Notes under the pieces: generated by a model | The model's database searches: none | What the model saw: only the letters and a program-made list of their open reading frames with translations | Told to the model about the DNA's origin: nothing | Position numbers and translations under genes: made by a program | Source of the DNA: a virus | Length of the DNA: 64,000 bases | Reading direction: 5' to 3' (one strand) | Virus record (IMG/VR): IMGVR_UViG_3300022752_000023 | Span: 64,001-128,000 of that record | Shown here: one piece after another, positions 8,268 through 17,210 of the stretch | Layout: each line of letters starts with the position of its first letter | Numbering within the stretch: position 1 is the first letter of the stretch

Positions 8268-8690
8268 ATTTTTATTTGGCCATTTGAACTGTTTAGCTGT
8301 TTTTCGTCTGTGGCAATTTGCGCAGCGAACGACGCATTTTTTTATTTCGTGTGCTACGGCTTTTGCGCTGCAGTTTTTAAGTCGCGACACACTGTTTAGT
8401 TTTTGTCCGCGAACGTGGTCAAATTCTAGTACAACCGGATCGCTTTCACCGCAATCGACGCAGGGGTGTGTGCTTAAATATTCGCAGATAAACTCGTGCG
8501 CTTTGTTTCGTGCTGCTCGACGATTTAGTTTTATGTACTGCCGCCGGTGCGGGTGCTCGGCGTAATGCTCGCGATCGTACTTTTGTTTGCACGGCCGGCA
8601 CATACTTGCGCAACCCGTCTTTGTTGCCGCGCGTTTTTGAAATTCTGTATACGGTTTTGTTTTTTTACACCGCGTACATTTTTTTTGCAT
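8253..8690 (-). CDS. HNH endonuclease with N-terminal zinc ribbon
   Basis: CTRC/CRPC, CVDCGE.DPVVLEFDHV...EIKKCVVRCANCHRRKT. Confidence 0.88.
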   Translation of the reverse strand: MQKKCTRCKKTKPYTEFQKRAATKTGCASMCRPCKQKYDREHYAEHPHRRQYIKLNRRAARNKAHEFICEYLSTHPCVDCGESDPVVLEFDHVRGQKLNSVSRLKNCSAKAVAHEIKKCVVRCANCHRRKTAKQFKWPNKNAPIA

Positions 8691-8718
8691 GTCGTCGTTC
8701 CTCCATGAACGTACGACA
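8690..8718 (-). promoter_or_regulatory. CsrA-type RBS hairpin (AUGGAG loop) of the HNH gene
   Basis: CGUUC-AUGGAG-GAACG, extendable by UGUCGU/ACGACA. Confidence 0.65.
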
Positions 8719-8747
8719 ATTTTAACAATTACAAATCAAGACTACAA
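8719..8747 (-). promoter_or_regulatory. sigma70-like promoter for the HNH-tRNA-ncRNA unit
   Basis: TTGTAG-N17-TAAAAT with TGn extended -10. Confidence 0.5.
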
Positions 8748-8748
8748 G

Positions 8749-9216
8749 TCATTTAAAGGCTGTTATTAAACCAGTTGGCCAATGGTACGGCAAGTCGATA
8801 GGTTCTTGCCAACCGAACCGCGAATAGTGGCGAAAGTCTTTGCGCAGTAGATTGCTGCGGTGGCTGGCATGAAACTGCGCGTCGCCAATCCACGGCGGAT
8901 ATACGTTGCGTTCGATTGTGTCGCGCAGCGCTGTGTAGCTGTCCATGAACTGCGGGCACAACGTATCGTTAAACCCGCGGCGTATCCATTCGCGGCACAC
9001 GACTATGGCGTATACGGTTAGCGCTGTCTCGTATCCAGCCCACATGCGCACGGCCGGATGATTGCGCCAGCTACTTGTTCCGGGCTCGTGTTCTCCTACC
9101 GGAACGCCAAGGCAGAGTAGGATCTGCTTACATTCAACCCTTTGCTTGCCGAGCCTTTTGTTATCAAGGCAAGCGGCCGAGTGTTTAAATCTCGGCAGCG
9201 GCAGGAAAGTTTGCAT
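8749..9216 (-). CDS. pyrimidine dimer DNA glycosylase / MSMEG_6728 family protein
   Basis: MQTFLP...LDNKRLGKQRVE..QI...HPAVRMW.GYE...FHASHRSNLLRKD. Confidence 0.88.
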   Translation of the reverse strand: MQTFLPLPRFKHSAACLDNKRLGKQRVECKQILLCLGVPVGEHEPGTSSWRNHPAVRMWAGYETALTVYAIVVCREWIRRGFNDTLCPQFMDSYTALRDTIERNVYPPWIGDAQFHASHRSNLLRKDFRHYSRFGWQEPIDLPYHWPTGLITAFK

Positions 9217-9220
9217 TTAA

Positions 9221-9535
9221 TCAGTCGTCAAACTCGTCGTCAAAGTTTTCTTCGTATTCAGGGTCGTCATCCTCTTCGTCCTCGTATTCTTCGTCCCAGT
9301 CTTCGTCGTCGTCACCCCACTCTTCGTCTTCCTCGTCTTCTTCTTCGTCATCGTCGTCTGTGAAGACGTAGTTGGGTTTTGGAAGATCAATGTCGCTGTC
9401 TTCATCGTCGTCGTCATCGTCGTCGTTGACAAATTGCCACTCTTCTTCGATGAAGTCATCATCGAGTCCGTCGTCATGGCGGGCGGCTGTCTCATCTACT
9501 TGGCGGCGAAACGACGTCGATTCAAAGTAGCGCAT
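9221..9535 (-). CDS. extremely acidic small protein
   Basis: 104 aa, more than half D/E; fills the gap between neighbours exactly. Confidence 0.7.
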   Translation of the reverse strand: MRYFESTSFRRQVDETAARHDDGLDDDFIEEEWQFVNDDDDDDDEDSDIDLPKPNYVFTDDDDEEEDEEDEEWGDDDEDWDEEYEDEEDDDPEYEENFDDEFDD

Positions 9536-9537
9536 AG

Positions 9538-11226
9538 TTATCCAATGTCCCGGGCAAGGTCAGCGGCAGGTAATAAATACTGATCGCACCAACTACTATC
9601 GACGAGAATACCCGGCAGGTTGCGCACAGCTTCCTCTCCGCCGAAAACTCCGCGACGCGTCAATAGTTTAACAAGCCACAACCAATTTGGGGCTATAGCT
9701 TTTTGATCGTAAAAATAGCGGTCGATTGCCCGCTGGTTCAGCCACCAGTGCGTTTTTTTACGCACAATGTAGTTTCCGGGTTGACCAACTTTTCTCGCGC
9801 GCGGCAAAACCGCGAGCGCGCCCGTCTGTACGGCTTTTGTTAACTCGTCGAAAAAGGCCGTATCTGCTTCGTTTTGTGTGATTAAATGGTTCTGTGCGTA
9901 TTCCAGTTGAAACGCGTCTCCGTACGTCTCTAGCAGCCAGCCGTGCATATCGGTCAGCGCGGCCAGCGTGGTGATTGGGTTTGAAAGGCTGATGCGCATA
10001 CGCTGGCGTAGCGCTCGCTGGATGTACGCCGGCAAGATATAAGCTAGCGGCGTAAAATCTGTTGTTGCCGCGGCGGCGCCTGTAATTATTTGCCAGCCGT
10101 ATGTTGGCGCAACTGTTGCAGCTGTTGGCGTCAAATGAACAAGCACCGGCCTGTTGTGGCACCGCGGGACTGTAGGGCTTAGGCTTGCCGCGTCAAATAC
10201 GCTGGCTACGGTTGTTGGCCACTCTAGCTCAGCCGTGCGCTCATACACTGCGGCGCTGACGGACGCGCGCCGCAAGATATCAATTCGCTGATGCGGGCAC
10301 CCGAGCGCAGCGGCGACACCGAGCGCAGCTGTAAATCCATCGCCTGCGATACCGGTAGCGACGGGGTCGCGGCGCAGTACGGGGTCGACAAGGTTTGCTG
10401 TGATCGCCGCTGCGACGGTCCATACAAATGCGTTCTCTGGGCTGGGCGTAAGGAACTGCCTAATTGCGGGCGGGGCTACAGCGACCGGTTCATGAAACAC
10501 AGCGTGTTTATTTTTTTCACTGGGCTGATTCGGCGCAGACGGGGTGCCGTCGGCGGCCAGTTCGTAGTTTGCAAAACGGAACACGTTAGCTCGCTCGTCC
10601 CAACCCAAGCGGTTAGAGACGCACACGAGTTCTGGTTTGCTCAGCCCGATCGCTATTAGATGACTGCGGCTGTTCCAGCGGCTGTCGTACAGCATTACTT
10701 TTTTATGCGACGCAACAACTGCGGCGGCGTACGATAACAACCCGGCGCGTTCAATTTTTGACGCGCTGTCGGCAAACGGTATTTCTTCGCCCGCTAGATA
10801 GATTGTTCCGGTGTATGTTTTTTCTCCGTCATCGGCTTGCGTTATTTTGTTGATAACAATATTCGCGTCGCAAATATGCTGGTTTGTGACACTCCACCAT
10901 CCGTCCGCCTTTGGAATGACGGTGCGCTGCCACGGCTGCGGGATAGTCGGTGTGATGTTTTTTGATGTCTTGACGTGTGTCAGTACGCGGTCCGAAAAAC
11001 CGGGTGAAAAATTTTTGCCGATTTTTGTCAGGAACGGTACGAGCTTATCTGGCGGTATTGTGAGCCGAGTAGCGAACGAGTGTGCAGCTATCTCGCTCAT
11101 CTGACTCAACGCGCTGGCGAGTCGCGTCTGCCACGTTTCCGCGTTTTTACGAATCGATACCAGCCGACTCATGGCTTCTGTCGCCAGTCGGTTTTTTAGT
11201 CGTTGGTTTTGCGCAACTATCGCCAC
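9538..11226 (-). CDS. hypothetical protein; probable C-terminal part of the primase-like gene
   Basis: 562 aa ORF, GTG start without SD, overlaps upstream ORF in the -1 frame. Confidence 0.65.
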   Translation of the reverse strand: MAIVAQNQRLKNRLATEAMSRLVSIRKNAETWQTRLASALSQMSEIAAHSFATRLTIPPDKLVPFLTKIGKNFSPGFSDRVLTHVKTSKNITPTIPQPWQRTVIPKADGWWSVTNQHICDANIVINKITQADDGEKTYTGTIYLAGEEIPFADSASKIERAGLLSYAAAVVASHKKVMLYDSRWNSRSHLIAIGLSKPELVCVSNRLGWDERANVFRFANYELAADGTPSAPNQPSEKNKHAVFHEPVAVAPPAIRQFLTPSPENAFVWTVAAAITANLVDPVLRRDPVATGIAGDGFTAALGVAAALGCPHQRIDILRRASVSAAVYERTAELEWPTTVASVFDAASLSPTVPRCHNRPVLVHLTPTAATVAPTYGWQIITGAAAATTDFTPLAYILPAYIQRALRQRMRISLSNPITTLAALTDMHGWLLETYGDAFQLEYAQNHLITQNEADTAFFDELTKAVQTGALAVLPRARKVGQPGNYIVRKKTHWWLNQRAIDRYFYDQKAIAPNWLWLVKLLTRRGVFGGEEAVRNLPGILVDSSWCDQYLLPAADLARDIG

Positions 11227-12170
11227 ATAGCCGCGAGCATTAGCCCGCGACTTATTAACTCAGGCGATACCGCGTGGCTTTGAAAAATACGCGGGACCGG
11301 AGTAAACGCGCACCAACTTCCGCCCCAGCTGTTCGCCTCGACTCCGGTGTAGCTCGCCATGACCGGCAGTAGCGGCAGCCCGTGGCGTAGCATTTCGCAC
11401 TGCATGCTCAGCGCCCACATCGGATCGTCGACAACGAATTGCGTGCTTTTCAACGGCTCTGTCGCGGGCGATAACGCCGTGCGCAGCAGAAAGTATCCAG
11501 CTTCTGGCCGGCTGCGGCGGTATTGATTTAGCGCGATGAAATTTTGTTTGGCCGTAAATTTTTCATCGTACTGGACGACTAGAAAACCCGTCAGTCGGCC
11601 GGGTAGATCGTAATACGGAAACACGAGGCTGGCGCTGTTATCGCGCAGGGGGCTGATTAGCGGTCGGCGAACAAACCGCTGCAGTGAATCCAGCTGTTCT
11701 TTATACGCAACTCCGACAAAGCCAGCTGCGTTGATTTCTGGATATACGCCAAGCTCGCGAAGGCGGCAGGCGATAATATCGTCGTGATGCCCCCAGATTT
11801 GCGCCTCAACGTCGAACCAAAACTGCTCGAATTTTTCAAAGCGTTCGATGGCCCGGGCGTACTCATTTGCGGCGTTATCTTTTTCTGCCGGATTTATGGC
11901 GTTTAATTCGATAAATCTGGCAATAGCGCCGTCTGGGGTTGTATTCCATAATGCCGCGCTAAACGTTATGATATCTCCATGGGCCAAGCACGAATTACAA
12001 TGTAGCCAGATCCCGTTTGTGCTTGCGTCGTCGAACAGGTGTAGCGTATTTTTTTGACATAGCGGACAGCTGACGACGGCCGGGAAAACCAACTGGTCCG
12101 GCGCGATGCCCAACGCCGACAGGGCAACAGCGTGGTGTTGGCGGCCAATTAAACAGGTAGGAAATCCCAT
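11217..12170 (-). CDS. primase-like protein with N-terminal zinc finger
   Basis: CPLCQK...WLHCNSCLAHGDII and LVFPYYDLPGRLTGF resemble DnaG-like N-terminal regions; no clear TOPRIM catalytic motif. Confidence 0.55.
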   Translation of the reverse strand: MGFPTCLIGRQHHAVALSALGIAPDQLVFPAVVSCPLCQKNTLHLFDDASTNGIWLHCNSCLAHGDIITFSAALWNTTPDGAIARFIELNAINPAEKDNAANEYARAIERFEKFEQFWFDVEAQIWGHHDDIIACRLRELGVYPEINAAGFVGVAYKEQLDSLQRFVRRPLISPLRDNSASLVFPYYDLPGRLTGFLVVQYDEKFTAKQNFIALNQYRRSRPEAGYFLLRTALSPATEPLKSTQFVVDDPMWALSMQCEMLRHGLPLLPVMASYTGVEANSWGGSWCAFTPVPRIFQSHAVSPELISRGLMLAAMWR

Positions 12171-13350
12171 GACAAATACCCCGCTCGATCAGGCACATGA
12201 CGTTAGTGGCCGCGAAACACACCGGCTCACCACCCTGTACCCGCAGCCTGATTTTGTTAAGAATGCCGCGCAAGACAGACTTAACGGGGCTGCGGATTTA
12301 CCACGCCATTTATACGCTGACCAGCGCCATAAACTTTATCCGTGCCATACCGCCCCTGCAACATGGCTGTCGGCGCTTTTCTTTGCGGACAAGCAGGCGC
12401 AGTTCTCGCCGAACGACGCGGCGGCTATTAAAACTAGGATACACCAAGCGGCTGAGTATTTTGGTATTCGCGGGGCCGTGGCCGAGATGGAAGAGAAGGT
12501 CGCGGCCAGCGCCACCCAAGATATCAATACCCTGCCGGACTCGGAGTTTGCCGTCGTGTGGGTTGGCGAGGACGGCTCAAAGGAGCGTCACTGGCCGCTG
12601 CGTAACGCCGAGGAAGTTAAGTTTGCGGCTGCGCATTTCAAGGCCCACCGCGACGATTTCGTATTTGACGACCGACATGTAATCGCCACAAAGATCCTCG
12701 AAAAGGCGGCGCAATACAGCGCGGATGTTTTGGGGGCTGAGGGTTCGCTGGAGTTGGCTGCTGGGCTCGGGGCCTGCGCCGCCAAGGTAGCGAGCGACAT
12801 GATCAAAGACCGCGTACGGCTCACCCGCCGTCAGCACGCGCAGCTGGCTGGTGAGTTGTCCAAGTTAGCCGAGGTTATTGACCAGAACCCGGAAAGGGCT
12901 CGTACGGTTGAGATGCGGCTAAAGTTGGCGAGCGCGGTCGATAACTTCGATCGGAGCACGCAGCTCCATCGCCTGTATGCCGCCGGCGGGTTACCGCGGC
13001 CGGAAGAAGTCTTGTTTGCGATCACCGAAAAGGTGGCGCGCGACTTCTTGGAAAGCAATGTCGAAACCACCACGGGTAACGTATACGCGCTAGACGATCT
13101 GGAGAAACTAGCCGTAGACGACGTGCGCGAATGGCTGGGTGACGACTTTGCGGACGCGGTAAGCGCCGGGGGCGTCTACATGGACCGCGAGAAGCTGGCC
13201 GCGATTGTGCCCACGCTCGACCGCGGTATGGCCACTATGCTTGACCGGTTGATGCAGGAAAAGTCTGCGGCGCCGGTCGTGAAGTCAGCGTCGGCGACTG
13301 ACAGCCTTCTTCCGCTTGCCCGGCTTCATGAGCTTGCGGCTGGCGGCTGA
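12169..13350 (+). CDS. putative head-associated protein rich in KxA motifs
   Basis: ATG 12169 preceded by AGGA; many KxA(A/S) motifs like the capsid-operon proteins. Confidence 0.7.
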   Translation: MTNTPLDQAHDVSGRETHRLTTLYPQPDFVKNAAQDRLNGAADLPRHLYADQRHKLYPCHTAPATWLSALFFADKQAQFSPNDAAAIKTRIHQAAEYFGIRGAVAEMEEKVAASATQDINTLPDSEFAVVWVGEDGSKERHWPLRNAEEVKFAAAHFKAHRDDFVFDDRHVIATKILEKAAQYSADVLGAEGSLELAAGLGACAAKVASDMIKDRVRLTRRQHAQLAGELSKLAEVIDQNPERARTVEMRLKLASAVDNFDRSTQLHRLYAAGGLPRPEEVLFAITEKVARDFLESNVETTTGNVYALDDLEKLAVDDVREWLGDDFADAVSAGGVYMDREKLAAIVPTLDRGMATMLDRLMQEKSAAPVVKSASATDSLLPLARLHELAAGG

Positions 13351-13794
13351 CGCTTTCTTTTTTGGCTTTCGCTTTTTTACCGGCGGATTAAATAGCGTCC
13401 GTATACGGCTCAGTACGAACCTATCGGTAGTCCGCTTATAGTTTACGTCGTCCCACGCTTGATCGACTTGCTCGATACCGCGCCGCGAGGCTTCGATGTC
13501 GTGGGCTAAACTGTAGGCGGGGTTGTGCCATTTAAACGCCGCCTCTTTTTTCTCGCGCGTGTCGCACACCGACATTTCAAATACTTCGTGTGTGCGCCGG
13601 TCGATGATCATTTGCGCGCTGGCGACGATACCAAATATACCCTGATGTTTTGCTTCGTAGACTGCGTCAACAATCGCCGCGTTGTCGCCGTAACACGACC
13701 AGCAGTAGTCCACGACTTCTTGAATGCTGTAGTTGCAGGCACGAAAAAATTCAGCTATTCGCGCCAGACCGGCGTGATCTATTTTGATGCTCAC
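13285..13794 (-). CDS. hypothetical phage protein
   Basis: AAGGAG SD, GTG start at 13794 with GTGA overlap. Confidence 0.7.
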   Translation of the reverse strand: MSIKIDHAGLARIAEFFRACNYSIQEVVDYCWSCYGDNAAIVDAVYEAKHQGIFGIVASAQMIIDRRTHEVFEMSVCDTREKKEAAFKWHNPAYSLAHDIEASRRGIEQVDQAWDDVNYKRTTDRFVLSRIRTLFNPPVKKRKPKKKASAASRKLMKPGKRKKAVSRRR

Positions 13795-14039
13795 TTGAAA
13801 ACTAACTCCTTCAGTTTTGTTATCAATTCGCGCACACCCCACCGGGTCGGCGCCGGCACTGCGCGCGCCGGCACTTCGCCCGGCTCAATGTTTTGAGAAG
13901 ATAAGCCGCCCGACTGTTCGGCTAACCCGCTTCGACAGTATTCGAGGTAGAGTTGCCAGTTGTCGTAAGAATCTCTGTCTTCGGCTCGTTCGTATGGGAT
14001 GTAGGGTGGCTCGTCTGGGACTCTGTCGTTCCAGCCCAT
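13791..14039 (-). CDS. hypothetical protein
   Basis: 82 aa ORF overlapping the csrA tail; AAGGA upstream. Confidence 0.55.
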   Translation of the reverse strand: MGWNDRVPDEPPYIPYERAEDRDSYDNWQLYLEYCRSGLAEQSGGLSSQNIEPGEVPARAVPAPTRWGVRELITKLKELVFK

Positions 14040-14212
14040 TGCTTTTTGTCCTTCTTTTTAGTTCCGTCAATTAACTCGCCGCGCACTATCGTTGTTGTTT
14101 GCGGCGCAGTTAATCCAATCTTGACTCGATCGCCTGTGATTCCCAAAACTTTCACAACGATTCCGTCGCCAATTACAACTTCCTGTTCTTTCTTCCTTGA
14201 GAGTACAAGCAT
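13922..14212 (-). CDS. csrA: carbon storage regulator CsrA/RsmA family RNA-binding protein
   Basis: MLVLSRKKEQEVVIGDGIVVKVLGITGDRVKIGLTAPQTTTIVRGEL matches the CsrA fold, including the RNA-contacting Arg of the R.E motif. Confidence 0.92.
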   Translation of the reverse strand: MLVLSRKKEQEVVIGDGIVVKVLGITGDRVKIGLTAPQTTTIVRGELIDGTKKKDKKQWAGTTESQTSHPTSHTNEPKTEILTTTGNSTSNTVEAG

Positions 14213-14222
14213 CGTGTCACCA

Positions 14223-14894
14223 TCATGATGTGGCCGAACCTTGTAGCATTTTTACGACATACTCCGTGTTGCCGTTTTTTAGGTCCAGCGCGGTCAGTTG
14301 TTTGATAAGTAAATCCGTCTTCAATCGAATCGACTGGTTGATGTCTTCTGTCTTTCCGGCTTCAAGATCGTAGACCGCGTTAAACATCGTCGGGTCATCT
14401 GAGAAATCTGCGATATTCGGGCTTACCCGGGCAGCCCGCAGTGCAATGCGCAGGATATCCGGCGCGTTAATAATGCCCTCGCTGTCAAGCACAGCGCCGA
14501 TATAACCGCGAACTTCATCTGTAAACGGTTCAGGGTCGTCGTCTTCGGGCGGACTGATTAGCAGCGCCTCTGTGATTCCCCACGCCACTTCTTCAGCGTC
14601 TGCGGGGTCCCACATATCTGGTCGGTATGTGTCGCCGCCCATGACGTTGCAAAATGTCACAAAATCCGGCAGGCTCTTAAAGAACTTGTCGGTCGTGAGA
14701 ATCTGGATCGCCACCAGCAGCTTGTCGAGCGACAACTGCGGCAGTTCGACGTCAAACTCTTCCTCGATTTCGAGGGTGATTGTTGCCGGATCCCAATCCA
14801 GCGCTTCCACGCCGAACTTATCCAGAAACAGTGTCAGTAGGACGCTCGCAAACGTCTCCCTGCTTTTCCACGCTTCTTGCGCTATGGTTGTCAT
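14223..14894 (-). CDS. conserved phage hypothetical protein (possibly head related)
   Basis: FGVEALDWDPATI...KLLVAIQILTTDKFF; start taken at ATG 14894. Confidence 0.7.
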   Translation of the reverse strand: MTTIAQEAWKSRETFASVLLTLFLDKFGVEALDWDPATITLEIEEEFDVELPQLSLDKLLVAIQILTTDKFFKSLPDFVTFCNVMGGDTYRPDMWDPADAEEVAWGITEALLISPPEDDDPEPFTDEVRGYIGAVLDSEGIINAPDILRIALRAARVSPNIADFSDDPTMFNAVYDLEAGKTEDINQSIRLKTDLLIKQLTALDLKNGNTEYVVKMLQGSATS

Positions 14895-15378
14895 TGAGTC
14901 CAGCCCTGCTTTTGATGATCTGCACGCCCCGGCGGTACAGCTCACTTAGATTATACGCGATCGTCTCCAGCGGACGGCGCGGCAGAAAATCGCATGGCTC
15001 GCCGGACTCTAGCGAGATCCAGCCCATAGCGCCGGTCCACGTGACGTGCCGGCCGTCCGCGAACGCGAGCGTGGCGGAGCAGTCACCTTGGATATCTTCG
15101 ACGGGCAGGTCCATCTCGTGTCGAGTCTGGCGCAGCAGTTCGCCGATCATCAGCCGCTGTTCGCCCGACAGGAAATTTAGGTTTTCCAGCATGTCGGCAA
15201 GTAGCAAATAAAACACGGCCTCCGTATCGACAACCATCCCCGGGCTGTACGTCCACTGACGCTTTAAAACAGTCGTAAAAACGTTGCGAATTTGTAGCTT
15301 GCTTATTTTTACGACCTGCACTACCATGTCGAGCGTCAGGTCTACTTCTTTCTCGGAGGTACTTATGTCTGTGTCCAT
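14818..15378 (-). CDS. hypothetical protein
   Basis: Start at ATG 15378 or 15327; the longer track ORF overlaps a + strand gene. Confidence 0.6.
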   Translation of the reverse strand: MDTDISTSEKEVDLTLDMVVQVVKISKLQIRNVFTTVLKRQWTYSPGMVVDTEAVFYLLLADMLENLNFLSGEQRLMIGELLRQTRHEMDLPVEDIQGDCSATLAFADGRHVTWTGAMGWISLESGEPCDFLPRRPLETIAYNLSELYRRGVQIIKSRAGLNDNHSARSVEKQGDVCERPTDTVSG

Positions 15379-15643
15379 TATTGACGGCCTTTCTAATATC
15401 ACGCAGGGTCGTGCTGAGATCGTCGTCAGCGCCGATGGTATCGAGGAACTGCTGGCTGCTGCAACCGCTAATATGGTACTGCAGAAGGCTGCTGAGGCCG
15501 GCCTGCACCGCCCGGGCGTTTCTAGCGCCAGCGGGCCGTACCCGGTTGACGGCGAGGGCAAGACCGACGACGAGCTGATGATGGGCAAGCGCGGCCCTGT
15601 CGCGGGCTACCGCCGAGATTTTGTTATCTTGGCGTCGCTCTGA
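15365..15643 (+). CDS. small hypothetical protein on the + strand
   Basis: GGAGGT SD before ATG 15365; protein-like sequence; fills the gap between - strand genes. Confidence 0.65.
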   Translation: MSVSIIDGLSNITQGRAEIVVSADGIEELLAAATANMVLQKAAEAGLHRPGVSSASGPYPVDGEGKTDDELMMGKRGPVAGYRRDFVILASL

Positions 15644-16056
15644 TCAGGCGCGGGCGTGGCGGTGACGATAAAGCTAATCGCTCTGTCAGGCTTGCCGCGT
15701 TTGAACGGAACGATAGTAAAGGTCTGCTGCTCTGTCGCAACAAGAAAGCCTAGGCGCTTTTCTAGGTCGAGGTGCGCGTCAAGATTTATAGTTTCTGCCG
15801 CATTTATGGCGGCTTTTTCGCTTTTAAACAAACCGATCATTTTGTCGCCATAGCCATACCGGTTTCGCCACATAACGAGATAGCCGCTAATGCCGTTGCG
15901 TAAGGCGGAGGGTGTGTATTTTTTAAGCCTATGACCTTCCAGATACGTTGCTGGTCGTCGAGCTAACGTTGGGTTGCGGGCTTTTGCGGCCGCTTGCTGT
16001 GTTTTCTTTCCACCCGAGGCGCGCGGAGCGCGCCTCTTCTTTTGCGTTTTTGACAT
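15607..16056 (-). CDS. basic hypothetical protein
   Basis: 149 aa, GAGGA upstream. Confidence 0.65.
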   Translation of the reverse strand: MSKTQKKRRAPRASGGKKTQQAAAKARNPTLARRPATYLEGHRLKKYTPSALRNGISGYLVMWRNRYGYGDKMIGLFKSEKAAINAAETINLDAHLDLEKRLGFLVATEQQTFTIVPFKRGKPDRAISFIVTATPAPDQSDAKITKSRR

Positions 16057-16057
16057 T

Positions 16058-16531
16058 TCAGTCCTCTACTCCAAACTTGTCGATGTGCGCCAGTCTGGCG
16101 CAATAGAACTCCGCTACGAGCCCGGCTACGTCGCCGAACCGTTTGACCATGTCGGGAATTACCTGCTCGTTAAACACGCGCATAATAACTTTCCGAAACT
16201 TGGCTATCGCTTCTTTTGTGTAGCCCTCTTCTCGCGCTTTCTCTGCGGCTTTGCGGACATCGGCATTGCCGTCGAGTTGCAGTTGAAGATAAGCCGGGTT
16301 TACAAATTCGATTATATGCCCGTATACCTGTCTAACTTCGTACGAGCACGGGACGTCGAAAACGCCGCGGCCGGGCCAGCGTTCTCCGTTAACCGCGTCC
16401 TCTGACAGATATCGCAGCTTTCCCAGCGTCCAACCGAATGCCGCCGCGTCATCATTCGGTTCAGCCATGACAAAGGCTGGTTTTGGCGCTGGCGGTTGTT
16501 TGTCAAGTTTTGCTTTGCTTTTACGCGCCAT
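16058..16531 (-). CDS. hypothetical protein
   Basis: 157 aa ORF in operon context. Confidence 0.7.
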   Translation of the reverse strand: MARKSKAKLDKQPPAPKPAFVMAEPNDDAAAFGWTLGKLRYLSEDAVNGERWPGRGVFDVPCSYEVRQVYGHIIEFVNPAYLQLQLDGNADVRKAAEKAREEGYTKEAIAKFRKVIMRVFNEQVIPDMVKRFGDVAGLVAEFYCARLAHIDKFGVED

Positions 16532-16566
16532 AATTCACAATAGCTAAGAAAAATCGTGAGGGGTTA

Positions 16567-16642
16567 GTTCTGACTGCGTAGCCGGGGAGTCACATCAGCC
16601 GTCAAGGACGAACTAGATGTGCCCCGACTACACAGTCAGAAC
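16567..16642 (-). other. 76-nt irregular RNA hairpin (possible RNase III-type processing site or ncRNA)
   Basis: 21-bp outer stem whose two mismatches are G.U only on the - strand, plus inner CACAUC/GAUGUG and CGUC/GACG. Confidence 0.6.
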
Positions 16643-16652
16643 ACGCTGCGGA

Positions 16653-17030
16653 TTAGTCTCCGCAGTTGCAAGCAAGGTACGCATGGTACTGGGCTATAGC
16701 CTCAATATTAGGATCGATCTCTTTAAAAAATGGCCCAACATCATCCGTGGAGGCCATCTCACCCCGAAACATCGCGGTCGTATATTCGTGATACAGCCGG
16801 GCCATATCTCCGCGCAGTTTCTTCTTGGTGAATTTAAGCACGCGCTCCTTCAGAAAGGCAGCGCGTTCCCAGAAGTTCGGCAGCGCATCAAGCTGGTCCC
16901 GAAACTTCTCTGCAGTCTTCTCGAAAAGTTTATGCGCCCTATCAGGAACAATCTGAAACTCAGGCGCTGACTTCTTGCATCGAGCAGTGACTGCAAGGCG
17001 GATTTGCTCCGCCGGGGGCGAAAGAAGCAT
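16653..17030 (-). CDS. hypothetical protein
   Basis: 125 aa, AAGGGAG SD in the loop of a GCGTTA/TAACGC hairpin. Confidence 0.7.
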   Translation of the reverse strand: MLLSPPAEQIRLAVTARCKKSAPEFQIVPDRAHKLFEKTAEKFRDQLDALPNFWERAAFLKERVLKFTKKKLRGDMARLYHEYTTAMFRGEMASTDDVGPFFKEIDPNIEAIAQYHAYLACNCGD

Positions 17031-17210
17031 GCGTTAACTCCCTTGTAACGCTGTGAAGAAGAGCTGCTGATACGACACAGCAGCGACAATAAATATGCCG
17101 CGATTTTGGCAAAAATTTAGTCGCCGTTCGGAGTTTGCGAAAAGCGAAAGTGCCTGTCATTACAGGACTTACGGCGCGATTAGTCGTGTTCTGGAAAATG
17201 GAAAATGCAA

